64,000 nt of DNA from Bacteriovoracaceae bacterium (lineage in GTDB: Bacteria; Bdellovibrionota; Bacteriovoracia; Bacteriovoracales; Bacteriovoracaceae). The DNA lies in assembly GCA_965217035.1 (NCBI GenBank), contig OZ244226.1:124001-188000 (forward strand), read 5' to 3'. Position numbers and translations under genes: made by a program. The notes beneath the pieces were generated by a model. That model had not been told where the DNA came from, made no database searches, and saw only the letters and a list, made by a program, of their open reading frames with translations. This document shows positions 1 through 10,407 of the stretch, piece by piece (position 1 is the stretch's first letter; each line of letters begins with the position of its first letter).

Positions 1-272
1 TCCTCTGGTGACTTAGGATCAAAATACTTTGATTTTTTATCCCAGGCAAAATAATCAGGATGCGACTCTTTAGAAACTGTCGCAAGACCAGCCACCCCTA
101 TTTCTTTTGTATTAGAATGATAAAAAAGAACCATATCTCCTTTTTTCATTTCATCACGCATGAAGTTTCGAGCTTGATAGTTTCTCACACCTTCCCAAGG
201 AGAAGTTTTATTCTTTTTGAGATCATCAATTGAATAAACATCTGGTTCACTTTTCATTAACCAATATTTCAT
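1..272 (-). CDS. EVE-domain (THYN1-like) protein, truncated by window edge
   Basis: Not in ORF track; manual translation from ATG at 272: MKYWLMKSEPDVYSIDDLKKNKTSPWEGVRNYQARNFMRDEMKKGDMVLFYHSN, the EVE signature; ATGA overlap with upstream gene stop. Confidence 0.93.
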   Translation of the reverse strand, partial: MKYWLMKSEPDVYSIDDLKKNKTSPWEGVRNYQARNFMRDEMKKGDMVLFYHSNTKEIGVAGLATVSKESHPDYFAWDKKSKYFDPKSPE

Positions 273-544
273 TTTAATTCTCCTTGATTCCAGTTTTTAA
301 GTTTTTGCTTTTGTCGGTTCCAAATAGCTTTCGCTAAATCCATTGTGTTCAAATCGACTTGAAATTTCTCAATTAATAACTCTGAGACGTCAAGTCGATA
401 CAAGTGCTGCATTAAAGCACCCGAATTTTCAAAATAAAGCTCATCTACCCTCTTCTTCAGGTGCTCGATAATAAATTTCTCATTATCGAAAGCTTCGATT
501 TCACGAATAAAGTCCACATCAAAAAAAGACCCATGATTGTTCAC
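269..544 (-). CDS. Small hypothetical protein
   Basis: 91-aa ORF, co-oriented, stop overlaps EVE gene start. Confidence 0.65.
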   Translation of the reverse strand: MNNHGSFFDVDFIREIEAFDNEKFIIEHLKKRVDELYFENSGALMQHLYRLDVSELLIEKFQVDLNTMDLAKAIWNRQKQKLKNWNQGELK

Positions 545-586
545 GGGTCTTATAATTACCTAATTTATTTAGATTGTTAAGTCAGA

Positions 587-2473
587 CTAAACTTTTGTCT
601 TATCAGACGAGAAATTGAGGGGCTGACGAACTTCAACGTATCCTCCACCTTTCGGCTTCGGAAATGGAATCTTCTTCAGAACATTCTTAATACAGCCTGT
701 TCCTCTTTTTGAGAATTTACCATTTTTCGCAATGACTTTCGCAGAAGAAATCTTTCCTCCCTTATTAATCGTAAAGTCAAGATCAATAATACCTTTCAGA
801 CGCTTATTTCTTCCCAACTCTTCTTGATAACAATACCGAAATTGTGGAATATGCTCTCTTAATAATCGTCTTAAGATATCTGGATCAATGGAACCGAGAA
901 CAACAGTCTTCGTCGAAGTAAAATTAGAGTCGAAACCAGACTTTCCAAGCCCATTAGACTTATATCCTTTCCCGTTTCCATACTTTGAAGAACGTCCAAG
1001 TCCATTAATAGAACGTCCACCTCCCACAGTTTTTAGGGTTGAGCCATTTGCCAAAGCCATACTAGACGTCGCTGACGATGAACTAGATGAGCTCGATGCA
1101 AAGCTCTTAGATTTCACTTGTGAACTTCCTAGCATTTTACTAAAGTTTGCGGCCAGCTTAAGCTGAGGTCTCGTTTTTTTAGCAACTTTTCTCTTTTCGC
1201 TAGACTTAGCTTTGTTCTTAGCAATCTTACGATTCTTCTTATTCGTTTTTTTAGCCACTTTTTTGTTCTCAACTTTTTTAACTTTCTTTTTATTAGAAAT
1301 ATCAGAGACATCTTTCGCAATCTTCTTAGCCTCTTCTTTTTTAGCTGAATCATTTAGTTTGCTATCAGAAGCAAGAGATTGTTTTTTCTCTTTTTTCATC
1401 TTTTTCTTGTAGATGACAACAATATTTTTCTTTTCTTCTTTAATATCTTCAATGCTCACAAGTGTGAGGAGGAGAAACGGAAGGAAAAAAACCATAAACT
1501 TCTGGGCAACTCTTTTAGCCTCTCCCTTATCTCTCCAGAGCCAAGGAACATGTTGAGTTTTACTAACTGTTTTCCCAAAACGGATAAAGATCTGATGAAC
1601 ACCTTTCTCAAGAATAATTTCATTATCATTAGTTAAAACGACTTCATTAGTATCTTTTCCAATATTAGAAAATCCCTGAGGGGTTGTAATTGTAATCTTG
1701 CTACCCTCAAATTTTATTAACCTTTCTTTTTTCCTTGAAAATTCAATATAAGAATAAAGTTCATCAGAGAGGTAGTTATCAGCTTTTTTCCAGTTTTCTT
1801 CTGGAATAATATCATAGCTCATAATGTTTCCACGAGTGACAAAGACAATTTCAATACTTCTTTGACTCGTAAATTCTTCATCTTCTTTAAGGATTGGAAA
1901 ATACTCTCTATCCTCTTCTTCGATATAAGCCCTAGCGTTAAGAATATCATTGTCAAGAATGATTTGATTTGCATTCTTATGCTTAGACTCATCAAATTTA
2001 ATATCGCAATACTCTCCATCTACATAATAAAGATTCGGATTTTCTTGTTTCTCAACAGAAAGCTTTGGAAGACCTCGAACAGGAGGCACAATTGCTTCTG
2101 TCAGATTATCCCTAACAATTTTAAGCCTCTTATTAGTATCAATAATTTGATTTTCAGTAAGAGTTTCTCCAAATTCAAGCTTAGCATTACCCAATTCGAT
2201 GAGATCACCAACACCTAATTGTGCATTCCTTACAGTTTTTCCATTAACTACCGTGCCATTAGTAGAGTAAAGGTCAGTAATAAACATTACCCCATTAACA
2301 GATGTTATCACGGCATGATAGTGATTTACTGTAGAGTCATTCAAGTAAATATCCGCTTTCTCAGAACTACCAATCAAAAGCTGAGTCTGTGTGATCTCTT
2401 GAGGAGTTGGATCTCCACCTGATATATTTTTCAGGTAAAATGTCTCAAATTCTTTTTTCTTGAGTAAAGCCAT
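587..2473 (-). CDS. GltG/AgmX/PglI-like protein: FHA domain, TM helix, linker, TonB-C-like domain
   Basis: FHA motifs (TVNHYHAVI, DLYSTNGT), one TM, Lys/Ser/Gly-rich linker, C-terminal IPQFRYCYQEEL...FPKPKGGGYVEVRQPLNF. Confidence 0.85.
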   Translation of the reverse strand: MALLKKKEFETFYLKNISGGDPTPQEITQTQLLIGSSEKADIYLNDSTVNHYHAVITSVNGVMFITDLYSTNGTVVNGKTVRNAQLGVGDLIELGNAKLEFGETLTENQIIDTNKRLKIVRDNLTEAIVPPVRGLPKLSVEKQENPNLYYVDGEYCDIKFDESKHKNANQIILDNDILNARAYIEEEDREYFPILKEDEEFTSQRSIEIVFVTRGNIMSYDIIPEENWKKADNYLSDELYSYIEFSRKKERLIKFEGSKITITTPQGFSNIGKDTNEVVLTNDNEIILEKGVHQIFIRFGKTVSKTQHVPWLWRDKGEAKRVAQKFMVFFLPFLLLTLVSIEDIKEEKKNIVVIYKKKMKKEKKQSLASDSKLNDSAKKEEAKKIAKDVSDISNKKKVKKVENKKVAKKTNKKNRKIAKNKAKSSEKRKVAKKTRPQLKLAANFSKMLGSSQVKSKSFASSSSSSSSATSSMALANGSTLKTVGGGRSINGLGRSSKYGNGKGYKSNGLGKSGFDSNFTSTKTVVLGSIDPDILRRLLREHIPQFRYCYQEELGRNKRLKGIIDLDFTINKGGKISSAKVIAKNGKFSKRGTGCIKNVLKKIPFPKPKGGGYVEVRQPLNFSSDKTKV

Positions 2474-3300
2474 TAGCGAGCCTCACTTGCTGCCTTCTCT
2501 ATGATTTTTCTATTAATAAGAGAAGATAGGTTATTCTTAAATAATGCGTAATCTCTAGTACTTGGTTTTCTTTGTCGTCTCAAGACATCTTTAGCTTCTT
2601 CAAACTTCCCTAGTTTTACAAGCGTATAACTTTTAAAATTAGAAACTTCGTTTTCTCTGAGAAATCTTTCTGGTAATTTATTAAAATGTGCTTGAGCACT
2701 CGCATAATCACCCTGGTAAACATAATTCTTAGCAAGAAGAAGATTGAGATCAGGATCTTTAGGATTTAATTGATAAAGACCTCTAAGCTCCTGGATCGAT
2801 TTATCGTATTTGCTAAAATAAAAATGAAGAGATGCCAGGTTGTACTTTGCAACTCTTAAGTTCGCCTTAGGGGCAATCTTCTTAAGAATCTCATAAGCTT
2901 TATAATGCTGATCTTTTTTAATATGAATATAGGCAATATTATTCAAAATTTCATAATCATTCGAATTATAAGAAAGGCCAATTTTATAATAAAAACGAGC
3001 TTTCTTATAATCTTTCTTTAAAAGATAGCAATTTCCAATACTATTCCAATAAGAAGAAGTTTTCCCGAACTTCTTGAAGTTTTTTTTGAGAATCCCGAGA
3101 CCTTTTTCAATTTTACCTCTATAGCAATAAGAAGAAGCTGTTTTAAACTTTTTCTTAATGACTTCAATATCTTTTCTCAAAAGAGTTTCTGATTCAAAAA
3201 TATCTTTTTCTGTTTCCTTTTTAAGTACAACTGTACGTTTCTCTGTATTCGCACATGAGAAAAGAAAACTAATTAATAATAAGACGAAAATTAATCTCAT
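2473..3300 (-). CDS. TPR lipoprotein, GltE/AglT-like
   Basis: Lipobox FLFSC, TPR repeats (YWNSIGNCY, ILNNIAYI), position in operon. Confidence 0.75.
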   Translation of the reverse strand: MRLIFVLLLISFLFSCANTEKRTVVLKKETEKDIFESETLLRKDIEVIKKKFKTASSYCYRGKIEKGLGILKKNFKKFGKTSSYWNSIGNCYLLKKDYKKARFYYKIGLSYNSNDYEILNNIAYIHIKKDQHYKAYEILKKIAPKANLRVAKYNLASLHFYFSKYDKSIQELRGLYQLNPKDPDLNLLLAKNYVYQGDYASAQAHFNKLPERFLRENEVSNFKSYTLVKLGKFEEAKDVLRRQRKPSTRDYALFKNNLSSLINRKIIEKAASEAR

Positions 3301-6176
3301 TACATTCCCTTATTTATGTTTAAGAGATTTACTTCTTTATTCTTATATAAAGAAACTTTTCCCATTTCTTTATCGTAGTTGAAATACTTAGCAAATTGAT
3401 TATTAACGACATTGTTTCGATCAGAGTTCTTATAGGATACCTGAATCTGACTCATTTGTTGTGAGAGCATTCCTGTGATCATCCTGAAGTTCTTTTTAAC
3501 TTCTTTAATAAGAATTTTATCTTTAGATCTTACTTTATAATTCAGTATATTTTCCTGAAACTGAGCAAACTTATGATAGATAGTTGCAAGAGTTGCAGAG
3601 TAAATATTTGGATCTTGTGCATTATTGGCCAATGCCATTCCATTCTCTTTGAGAAGAGTTAACTTCGAAAGGCTATTATTGAAGTCATTATTGAATTGAT
3701 TCACGTCAAATTTCTTCATTGACTTCAGACGAGTATCAGTTGCCATCGTATTATGATAATAATTGACGAAAGTATTTAGAAGCCTCATGCTTGCCCAATT
3801 TGAAGATGTTAAAAATTGATTCCCCGCTGTATAAGACTGAAGGTTTTCGTAGTTTTTATTTCCTTTTAAGTTTCCGTGCTCAAAATCTTCTTGCCAGAAT
3901 CTATTTAGAAGATCACTGAAAACAAGGCTTTGATATTCTTTATAAGCTGGCTTATTTTTAATGTATTTATTGAGTATTTTGATACTCCCCTCTTGGACGA
4001 GAAGATCAACATAACTTCCCTTAGAAATCGTTACAAGCTTTTGATTGACTCTACATCTCGTAGACATTTTCTGAGTTAGATTAAAAGTTTTATACTTTCT
4101 AAGTGCTAAATTAAGTTCTTGAATCTGAGTATAATGTTGAGGATAAGTTTTTGATTTATCACAATAATTTTCTGTAACAAACTTATAAAGATCATGAGAT
4201 CTTTCAGGAGACTGAAGCAAATAATACTGCTGAGCTGTGGTTAAAATAACATCGACTTTAGGGATAAGGTTTTTAGGTTCATGTTTCTTTAAAACCCTCT
4301 CCATCCAATTATACGATTCTTGAACTTTACCAAACTTCAAATAAATCACACTTATATTAAAAGCACTATCATTCTTAATTCTTAATGGATAAATTTTATT
4401 GCTATAGATTTTTTCATACTCTTTGATTGCAAGCTTTGTCTTCCCTGATTCTTCAAACCTTTTAGTTCTTTGGAATAAGAGTTGAGCGAGAATTGTAATG
4501 TTTTTTTCAACAAAAGCTTTTGTGAACTTTAAATAACCTTTTTGAAGTTTCTGGACCCACGTTGCAAGAGCATTCGTATCCTTGATCTTAATATAATGAT
4601 TTAGGACAGTCTTAATCATTTCTTTCTGATCTTTTATTTTACCTGGAATATTTTTATGGTAAAAATCGACAAGTTTTACGATTTTTTCCATATTTTTTTC
4701 AGTCATATAAAATTTGAAAAGTTTATCATATTGCTTAGACGTTTCAGGATCTTTTGGTTTCCATTTAATATAGCTCATATAAGCTTTTTCAAAATATTTC
4801 TTATTGTCATAGCTTTTCTCATTAGCGAGAGAAAACATTGATTTAAAAAGCTTAGGATAGAATTTATCCCTCTTCTTCTTAGCAGTTGCCTCAAGAGACT
4901 CTAGATAGAATTCAGAAGAATTATCGTAGTACTTTTCTTTATAAGACAGCTCCCCTTGAAGAAAAGCATATTCGTAAGTAAAATATTTATTAAGAACTTT
5001 TAATTGATTGTAATTATTTACAAGTCTGTTATAAGTCGTTTCTTTATCTCCATTGAGAATATAATGGTCCTTGTAAGCTAAACTTTGAATATAGCTTGAT
5101 AGTTCTGCAATATTATTTATGGCCTCATTAGTTACATCGCTGTAGTTTTTCCTCTGCTTTTTCTTGAGCATTTTGTACTCTTTAACCAGAGAAACTACCG
5201 ATCTATAATGACTATTATAATCTTTTATATCTTTGTAGATATTTAATTTGAACTGAGACATCAGATAAAGACAACCATAATCTTTCTTCAGACTACAATA
5301 CCTTCTCGCTTTTACTTCGGCCCTTAGAGCAACATTAGAACTAATATGATTCAGTGCTAAGTTAAGAAGATGAATGAATCTTTGGTCCAGTTCTTTTTTT
5401 GTAAATTGGATATGATAATTAATGGCCTTCTCTGGCTCTTTATTGAAAACATAGAAATAGTTAACAGCATCAGCGACCTGATCTCTGACATCAGTAAAAC
5501 CTCTTTGTGTTGATTTTCTATGAGCAGTCATAACACTATCAATCGCATCTTCATAACGCTTCTCTTGAAAATAACACCATGAGAGATTGAGTAAGTTTTT
5601 CGTATACCATGGATCATTTGTGACCCTAGTTACAATTTCATAATACTTAACTGCTGTTTTAAAATCTTCAAGAATATAATAAAGCTCTGCCAGTTTCGTT
5701 TGAGCTGCATGTTTCATATTTTTTCTACGAGCTGTTTTTATCGCCTTTGTCAGATATGCAATAAGTTCTTCTTTATCTCCTTTAGGATCATTTTCGATCT
5801 CAAGAACGTTGATTGCCAGAGTCATATAGGTGTTTGAAATAAGCCGACTTCTTGGGTATTGCTTTAAGAAAGTTTTTCCGAACTGTTGAGCTTGCCTATA
5901 ATATCTAGTGGAAACAGTATAACCTGTTTTTTTATTTGCTTTTCCTTTGACTACTTTTTCTTCTTCTAGCTTTCTATGAAGCTTCACTCTTTCGGAATAA
6001 AGTTCAAATAACCGATAAGCAAGTTGATCTTTTTTACTTTTGACTTTCTTGATTGAACGAATTTCTGCTTCCACAAGTCTTAGAAGTTTTTTTTCTTTCT
6101 TAAGTTCTCTCTTCTTTTTTGCTGAGAAAGAAGGAGTTGCTAACAAAAATGTCAATAGCAGTAACGTTCTACTCAT
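3300..6176 (-). CDS. Large periplasmic TPR protein, GltD/AgmU-like
   Basis: Start moved to ATG 6176 (MSRTLLLLTFLLATPSFS signal peptide), removing overlap with upstream gene; many TPR-like helices. Confidence 0.75.
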   Translation of the reverse strand: MSRTLLLLTFLLATPSFSAKKKRELKKEKKLLRLVEAEIRSIKKVKSKKDQLAYRLFELYSERVKLHRKLEEEKVVKGKANKKTGYTVSTRYYRQAQQFGKTFLKQYPRSRLISNTYMTLAINVLEIENDPKGDKEELIAYLTKAIKTARRKNMKHAAQTKLAELYYILEDFKTAVKYYEIVTRVTNDPWYTKNLLNLSWCYFQEKRYEDAIDSVMTAHRKSTQRGFTDVRDQVADAVNYFYVFNKEPEKAINYHIQFTKKELDQRFIHLLNLALNHISSNVALRAEVKARRYCSLKKDYGCLYLMSQFKLNIYKDIKDYNSHYRSVVSLVKEYKMLKKKQRKNYSDVTNEAINNIAELSSYIQSLAYKDHYILNGDKETTYNRLVNNYNQLKVLNKYFTYEYAFLQGELSYKEKYYDNSSEFYLESLEATAKKKRDKFYPKLFKSMFSLANEKSYDNKKYFEKAYMSYIKWKPKDPETSKQYDKLFKFYMTEKNMEKIVKLVDFYHKNIPGKIKDQKEMIKTVLNHYIKIKDTNALATWVQKLQKGYLKFTKAFVEKNITILAQLLFQRTKRFEESGKTKLAIKEYEKIYSNKIYPLRIKNDSAFNISVIYLKFGKVQESYNWMERVLKKHEPKNLIPKVDVILTTAQQYYLLQSPERSHDLYKFVTENYCDKSKTYPQHYTQIQELNLALRKYKTFNLTQKMSTRCRVNQKLVTISKGSYVDLLVQEGSIKILNKYIKNKPAYKEYQSLVFSDLLNRFWQEDFEHGNLKGNKNYENLQSYTAGNQFLTSSNWASMRLLNTFVNYYHNTMATDTRLKSMKKFDVNQFNNDFNNSLSKLTLLKENGMALANNAQDPNIYSATLATIYHKFAQFQENILNYKVRSKDKILIKEVKKNFRMITGMLSQQMSQIQVSYKNSDRNNVVNNQFAKYFNYDKEMGKVSLYKNKEVNLLNINKGM

Positions 6177-6183
6177 TGTTAAC

Positions 6184-6696
6184 CTAGTTGTAATTACCCT
6201 TAACAATAAACTTAAAATTCTCATACTCATGTGTTGAAGCAACATTCATGATCCTATCTAAGGTCGAATAAGGCATATCTTGGTCAAGCACAATATTAAT
6301 ATTATTAAATTTTAATTCTTTGTGTTTCTTTTCACCAAATTTGGCAATTTCCTTCTGACGGATTTCAGAAAGTTTACCATTAAAAACTTTTTCAAAGTTC
6401 CCATTGTTAATATTGGTAAGAAGCTCGTTGTCTACATAGAAATCAAAGTTTTCAGTAACTTGAACAACAGGTGCAAATTGGCCAAGATCTCTTGCTTCAC
6501 TGTTAACAAGATTAATATCTTTGACTAAATCAACCTTTAAGCTACTTGCATTGTAACTTTTAAGGAGGAAAACAAGGAGAATAACGAGAATATCAAGAAG
6601 TGAAGTAATATCAACTTCTTCAATTTCTTTAATCATGGCATCACATTTATACTTTTTCTGGTATAACGACATGTTATATTTAGACTTTTTTCTCAT
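6184..6696 (-). CDS. ExbD/TolR family motor subunit (AglS-like)
   Basis: DITSLLDILVILLVFLL TM with conserved Asp; DQDMPYSTL periplasmic motif. Confidence 0.88.
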   Translation of the reverse strand: MRKKSKYNMSLYQKKYKCDAMIKEIEEVDITSLLDILVILLVFLLKSYNASSLKVDLVKDINLVNSEARDLGQFAPVVQVTENFDFYVDNELLTNINNGNFEKVFNGKLSEIRQKEIAKFGEKKHKELKFNNINIVLDQDMPYSTLDRIMNVASTHEYENFKFIVKGNYN

Positions 6697-6699
6697 CTC

Positions 6700-7170
6700 T
6701 TAATCCATTGGTTCGAAAGCAATTGCAGTAAATAGCTTTCCGTTTATTGGCTTATTCTTATAATGCTTTTGAGCAAGATCAATGACTTGAACAATTTTTT
6801 TATACTTCACTTCTGATTTCGGTCGAATGACAATTGAATTCTCTTTAGGGTTTTGAACTTTTAATGCGAGAAGACGTTCTCCTAATTTCTTCAATGATCC
6901 TTCGGAATAATCATAAGTACCAATGATTCTCTCATTCATCCCTTCGGTTAAGACAATTTGATTGTCAAAAACTCGAATTTTATAACTCTTACTCTTACCA
7001 TCAGCCGCCTCAGCACTAGAAGTCTCTTCTACAAGTGGTTTCTTCACATGTAACTCAAAGAGATCAACAAACTGAGCTGACATCAAAAGAAAAAAGACGA
7101 AGATAAATACAGCATCCAGAACTGGAATAACATTCAATTTAGGTGGCTTTGTGAGTTTCGTTTTTCTCAT
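6700..7170 (-). CDS. ExbD/TolR family motor subunit (AglQ-like)
   Basis: LNVIPVLDAVFIFVFFLL TM with conserved Asp; VKYKKIVQVID. Confidence 0.88.
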   Translation of the reverse strand: MRKTKLTKPPKLNVIPVLDAVFIFVFFLLMSAQFVDLFELHVKKPLVEETSSAEAADGKSKSYKIRVFDNQIVLTEGMNERIIGTYDYSEGSLKKLGERLLALKVQNPKENSIVIRPKSEVKYKKIVQVIDLAQKHYKNKPINGKLFTAIAFEPMD

Positions 7171-7215
7171 GGGATGTTCTCCTAATAAAGCAAACTAACA
7201 GGAAAGTACTGTTAA

Positions 7216-7932
7216 TTAAGCCGCTTCTTCAGCTTTATACTCATCGTTCTTTTTCGTACCAAGAACATCGATAAGCCTCATTGCTTGCTCATCAATGTCA
7301 GTAACGATCTTAACTGCTCTATTAGCAAGGTAAGTGTGAATAACAAGAAGTGAGATTGCAGAGATCAGACCAAAAGCCGTCGTATTCATGGCCTTTGCAA
7401 TACCTTGTGCAAGAAGTGTCGCTTTTTCACTTGGATCAGCAGACGCAACCGCAGCAAATGACTGAATTAGACCATAAATTGTTCCTAGGAGACCCATAAG
7501 AGTCGAAATATTTGCAACAAGTGCAAGATAACTAATTCTTTTTTCAGCTAGAGAGTTGGCCTCGATCATAGCAGCTTCAACGACATCTTGAATTTGCTGA
7601 CGAGTTTGATTTGCTCTCTTTAAACCATCTTTAAGAACACGCGCCAAAAGAGTCGGTGATTGTGAACAAAGATTGATAGCATGATGAACTTCATTATCAA
7701 GAACAAACTTACGGATTTGTTGCATGAATGAAGGCGCATCAGTGTCATACTTTACTAGTGCTTTAAATCTTTCAAATGCTACAACAATAGCAAAAATCCA
7801 AACAGCTAGAATAATCCACATGAATATCCCACCATCGTCCATAAACTTAGCAAGAAACTCCAATGTGCTGGTTTCTTGTACAGCGGTTTCAGCAGCTGCT
7901 GTCGCAGTTTCTGTAGTTGTTACAGGATCCAT
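7216..7932 (-). CDS. MotA/TolQ/ExbB proton-channel subunit (AglR-like)
   Basis: ANISTLMGLLGTIYGLIQSF and GIAKAMNTTAFGL motifs. Confidence 0.93.
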   Translation of the reverse strand: MDPVTTTETATAAAETAVQETSTLEFLAKFMDDGGIFMWIILAVWIFAIVVAFERFKALVKYDTDAPSFMQQIRKFVLDNEVHHAINLCSQSPTLLARVLKDGLKRANQTRQQIQDVVEAAMIEANSLAEKRISYLALVANISTLMGLLGTIYGLIQSFAAVASADPSEKATLLAQGIAKAMNTTAFGLISAISLLVIHTYLANRAVKIVTDIDEQAMRLIDVLGTKKNDEYKAEEAA

Positions 7933-7959
7933 AATACTCTCCTCGCAGGTTAGGTAAAG

Positions 7960-8211
7960 TTACCTCATATTTAAGACATTTAGCCTTATGACTTCGTCAA
8001 AATCTCGTCGATCATATAAGTCTCTTTTGAAGCGTTTTCTATCCCTCTCTGAGACAGTGATATCACCGGGTGCTAAAATCTTACCTTTGATCTCAAGATC
8101 ACCAAGGTCGACTCGCTGCCGCTTCTTGTACTTATAAATCACTTTCTCTTTAGCCTTTACGGAGTAACTTGAAAGAAACATTAGAATGAACAAAATCCCA
8201 ATAATTCTCAT
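7960..8211 (-). CDS. Small secreted GltF/CglF-like protein
   Basis: Signal peptide then VIYKYKKRQRVDLGDLEIKGKILAPG, resembling the CglF/GltF motif; operon context. Confidence 0.65.
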   Translation of the reverse strand: MRIIGILFILMFLSSYSVKAKEKVIYKYKKRQRVDLGDLEIKGKILAPGDITVSERDRKRFKRDLYDRRDFDEVIRLNVLNMR

Positions 8212-9620
8212 TTTTTACTCCTCTTTTTAACGGCTTTACAGTTGGATTTCAGACCAAAAGAGTAGTCTCCTAATTCATCGGCCCAAAATGCTCCATTAAA
8301 TGTGTAAAAGAACTCGTCTGACTCCCTGTTGACGTTATCGTAACTTCCCCTAGCTCGCGATGAGACTAGCTTTTTGTTGTCGTACACTAAGTCTTTTCTT
8401 CTAGAAATGATTTCCAATTTAATATTGAACATTTCGTAGCTGAAAAAGTTGATTTGATTGATAAAGAAATAGAAATATTCCTTAACATGCTTGTTAATAA
8501 TTTTTTCCATTCTATCTAGCGTAAATCGTAAAAATTTACGATCATTCTTTTTTTTCTTATTTTTGAGAAGTCTTTGATACTCATCTCTCGCTTTCTGGTA
8601 GGAAAGTAGATGAAGATTGACTCTCAATTTTTTACGAAGTTGATTTCTAAGACTCAAAATATAAGGATGTTGTTTAATCTTTTCTTTCTTATTGTAGACA
8701 AGATCAAAATAGAATTTATCATTTGTAGAAGATTTAATAAACTTCGTAAGAGTTTTTGATCTTTCCTTATAAACTTTAAAGAATTTATCAATAAGGAAAG
8801 CAGCATCTCTATAAAGACAAAGATTGAAATAACTTAACGCTTTAAGAACCTCTACCTCTGGGAAGAAATAAGATTCGAGTAGAGGAGATTGGTATGTCAT
8901 CGAAATACCAAGCGTTCTATTATAATCCCCCATATGATAATGATTCCACGCTTTTTCCATTAAAATATAAGGCCAAGAATAAGAAGTTTTTGGTATTCTA
9001 TCATAATAAGCGTTGGACTTTTTATATTTCCCTAATCTAAAATTACTTCTCGCTAAACCTGCAACACAATACTCTTTGACTAAGATAAAATATCTTTTAA
9101 ATTTATCGTCATAAATACTCTTAGAAATCTCATTAGAAGTTTTAATACATTGCTTCATATAATCAACAAAATTTTTCTTTCCTTGAAGCTCTCGTGAACT
9201 TCCCATAACAAAGCGAGCCTCTGGATAATAATTACTCTTTTTCGGAACCATACTTGCGTACTTCCAAGCTTTTTCATAATTTTTCGCTTTAAAATTATAA
9301 TGAGCTTGATGAATAAAGGCCGAAGGCACTTTAACTTTATCAATAAAATCTACGTTATAAAGATAAAGCGGAAGAGTTCCCGTTTTACTAAGAATTTGTT
9401 CAGCAAGTTTATTATCTCGTTCTGATACTTTCTTTTTTTTCTTTAAATAAGCAAAAAGATAATAGAGAGCAACGTTCCAATTTTTTCCTTTCACGTTTCT
9501 CTGAACTGCCTTTAAGATCTTTTGTTGCTTACTAATTCTCTTCCGTCGTTGCTTCTTCTTTGAGGCGAAAACGGTATTAAATGAACTCAACAGGAAGACA
9601 ATCAACAATAGTTTTTTCAC
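8208..9620 (-). CDS. Periplasmic TPR protein, GltC-like
   Basis: Signal peptide, TPRs, FFPEVEVLKALSYFNLC, C-terminal FNGAFWADELGDYSFGLKSNC. Confidence 0.78.
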   Translation of the reverse strand: MKKLLLIVFLLSSFNTVFASKKKQRRKRISKQQKILKAVQRNVKGKNWNVALYYLFAYLKKKKKVSERDNKLAEQILSKTGTLPLYLYNVDFIDKVKVPSAFIHQAHYNFKAKNYEKAWKYASMVPKKSNYYPEARFVMGSSRELQGKKNFVDYMKQCIKTSNEISKSIYDDKFKRYFILVKEYCVAGLARSNFRLGKYKKSNAYYDRIPKTSYSWPYILMEKAWNHYHMGDYNRTLGISMTYQSPLLESYFFPEVEVLKALSYFNLCLYRDAAFLIDKFFKVYKERSKTLTKFIKSSTNDKFYFDLVYNKKEKIKQHPYILSLRNQLRKKLRVNLHLLSYQKARDEYQRLLKNKKKKNDRKFLRFTLDRMEKIINKHVKEYFYFFINQINFFSYEMFNIKLEIISRRKDLVYDNKKLVSSRARGSYDNVNRESDEFFYTFNGAFWADELGDYSFGLKSNCKAVKKRSKK

Positions 9621-9633
9621 TGATTATCCTCCT

Positions 9634-10362
9634 TTAAAATTTAAACCCTATACCGAATAAGAAATCAGTATGAGTCTGCAACTCCTTCGCAGATTTGTCG
9701 TTCGGGTTATTCTCTCCACTATAAGAGATATTCCGCAGTTCAAGGTTTAAATAAAAACTCCTATTAATATGAAATTTAAAGTCAGTTTTATAAATAAGCC
9801 CCGTGAAGTTTTCGTTGCCAAAAGTCGTTGGAGTATCATCTAAGAAAACACTATTTAGATTTGATTCTGCATCGATCTGAGCCAACCCAACTCCAAATCC
9901 CCAGTCGAAATAATATATTTTATTAAAAGTATTAACTTTCCCGTAAAAAGGAGTATAAAGTAGTTCGAGGGTCGTTACGGAGTTAAACTGCCTAACAAAA
10001 GGCTCAACGCTACTTACCCTTTTTACATTGTCCCAGTTCTCACTAAAGCTATTTTCATACTGCGTATAAGAAGCTGCAACACCGAAGGTTTCATTGAAGT
10101 AATATCCAACTTTTAAGGCCCCACCGAGTCCATCAACGAACTCATCTCCGACAACCATTAAACCATTTATTTCTCCAAAAAACGTTCCCGCTTTTTTATA
10201 GGTTTTATTTTGAAGAACATAGACAGACTTATCAGGATCAAGCCAGAGAAAATCATAAAGGGAGTCCTCTGAGGACTCCGCTCTATGAGATATGAGTAAG
10301 AAGAAACTAAGAACCAATCCGTAGCTCAAGAGGTTTTTTTTACTTTTCATCGTTTTTCGCAC
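9634..10362 (-). CDS. Outer-membrane beta-barrel, GltA/GltB-like
   Basis: Signal peptide, VYVLQNK, GYYFNE, YTPFYGK motifs, terminal GIGFKF. Confidence 0.82.
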   Translation of the reverse strand: MRKTMKSKKNLLSYGLVLSFFLLISHRAESSEDSLYDFLWLDPDKSVYVLQNKTYKKAGTFFGEINGLMVVGDEFVDGLGGALKVGYYFNETFGVAASYTQYENSFSENWDNVKRVSSVEPFVRQFNSVTTLELLYTPFYGKVNTFNKIYYFDWGFGVGLAQIDAESNLNSVFLDDTPTTFGNENFTGLIYKTDFKFHINRSFYLNLELRNISYSGENNPNDKSAKELQTHTDFLFGIGFKF

Positions 10363-10407
10363 CTTTAAAGTATTAATTTTTCTTCACCCCTATTATATCG
10401 CCTCAGG

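Noticed and set aside
6177..6245. N-terminal extension of the 981-aa TPR ORF overlapping the ExbD gene
   Set aside because: ATG at 6176 gives a clean signal peptide and no overlap
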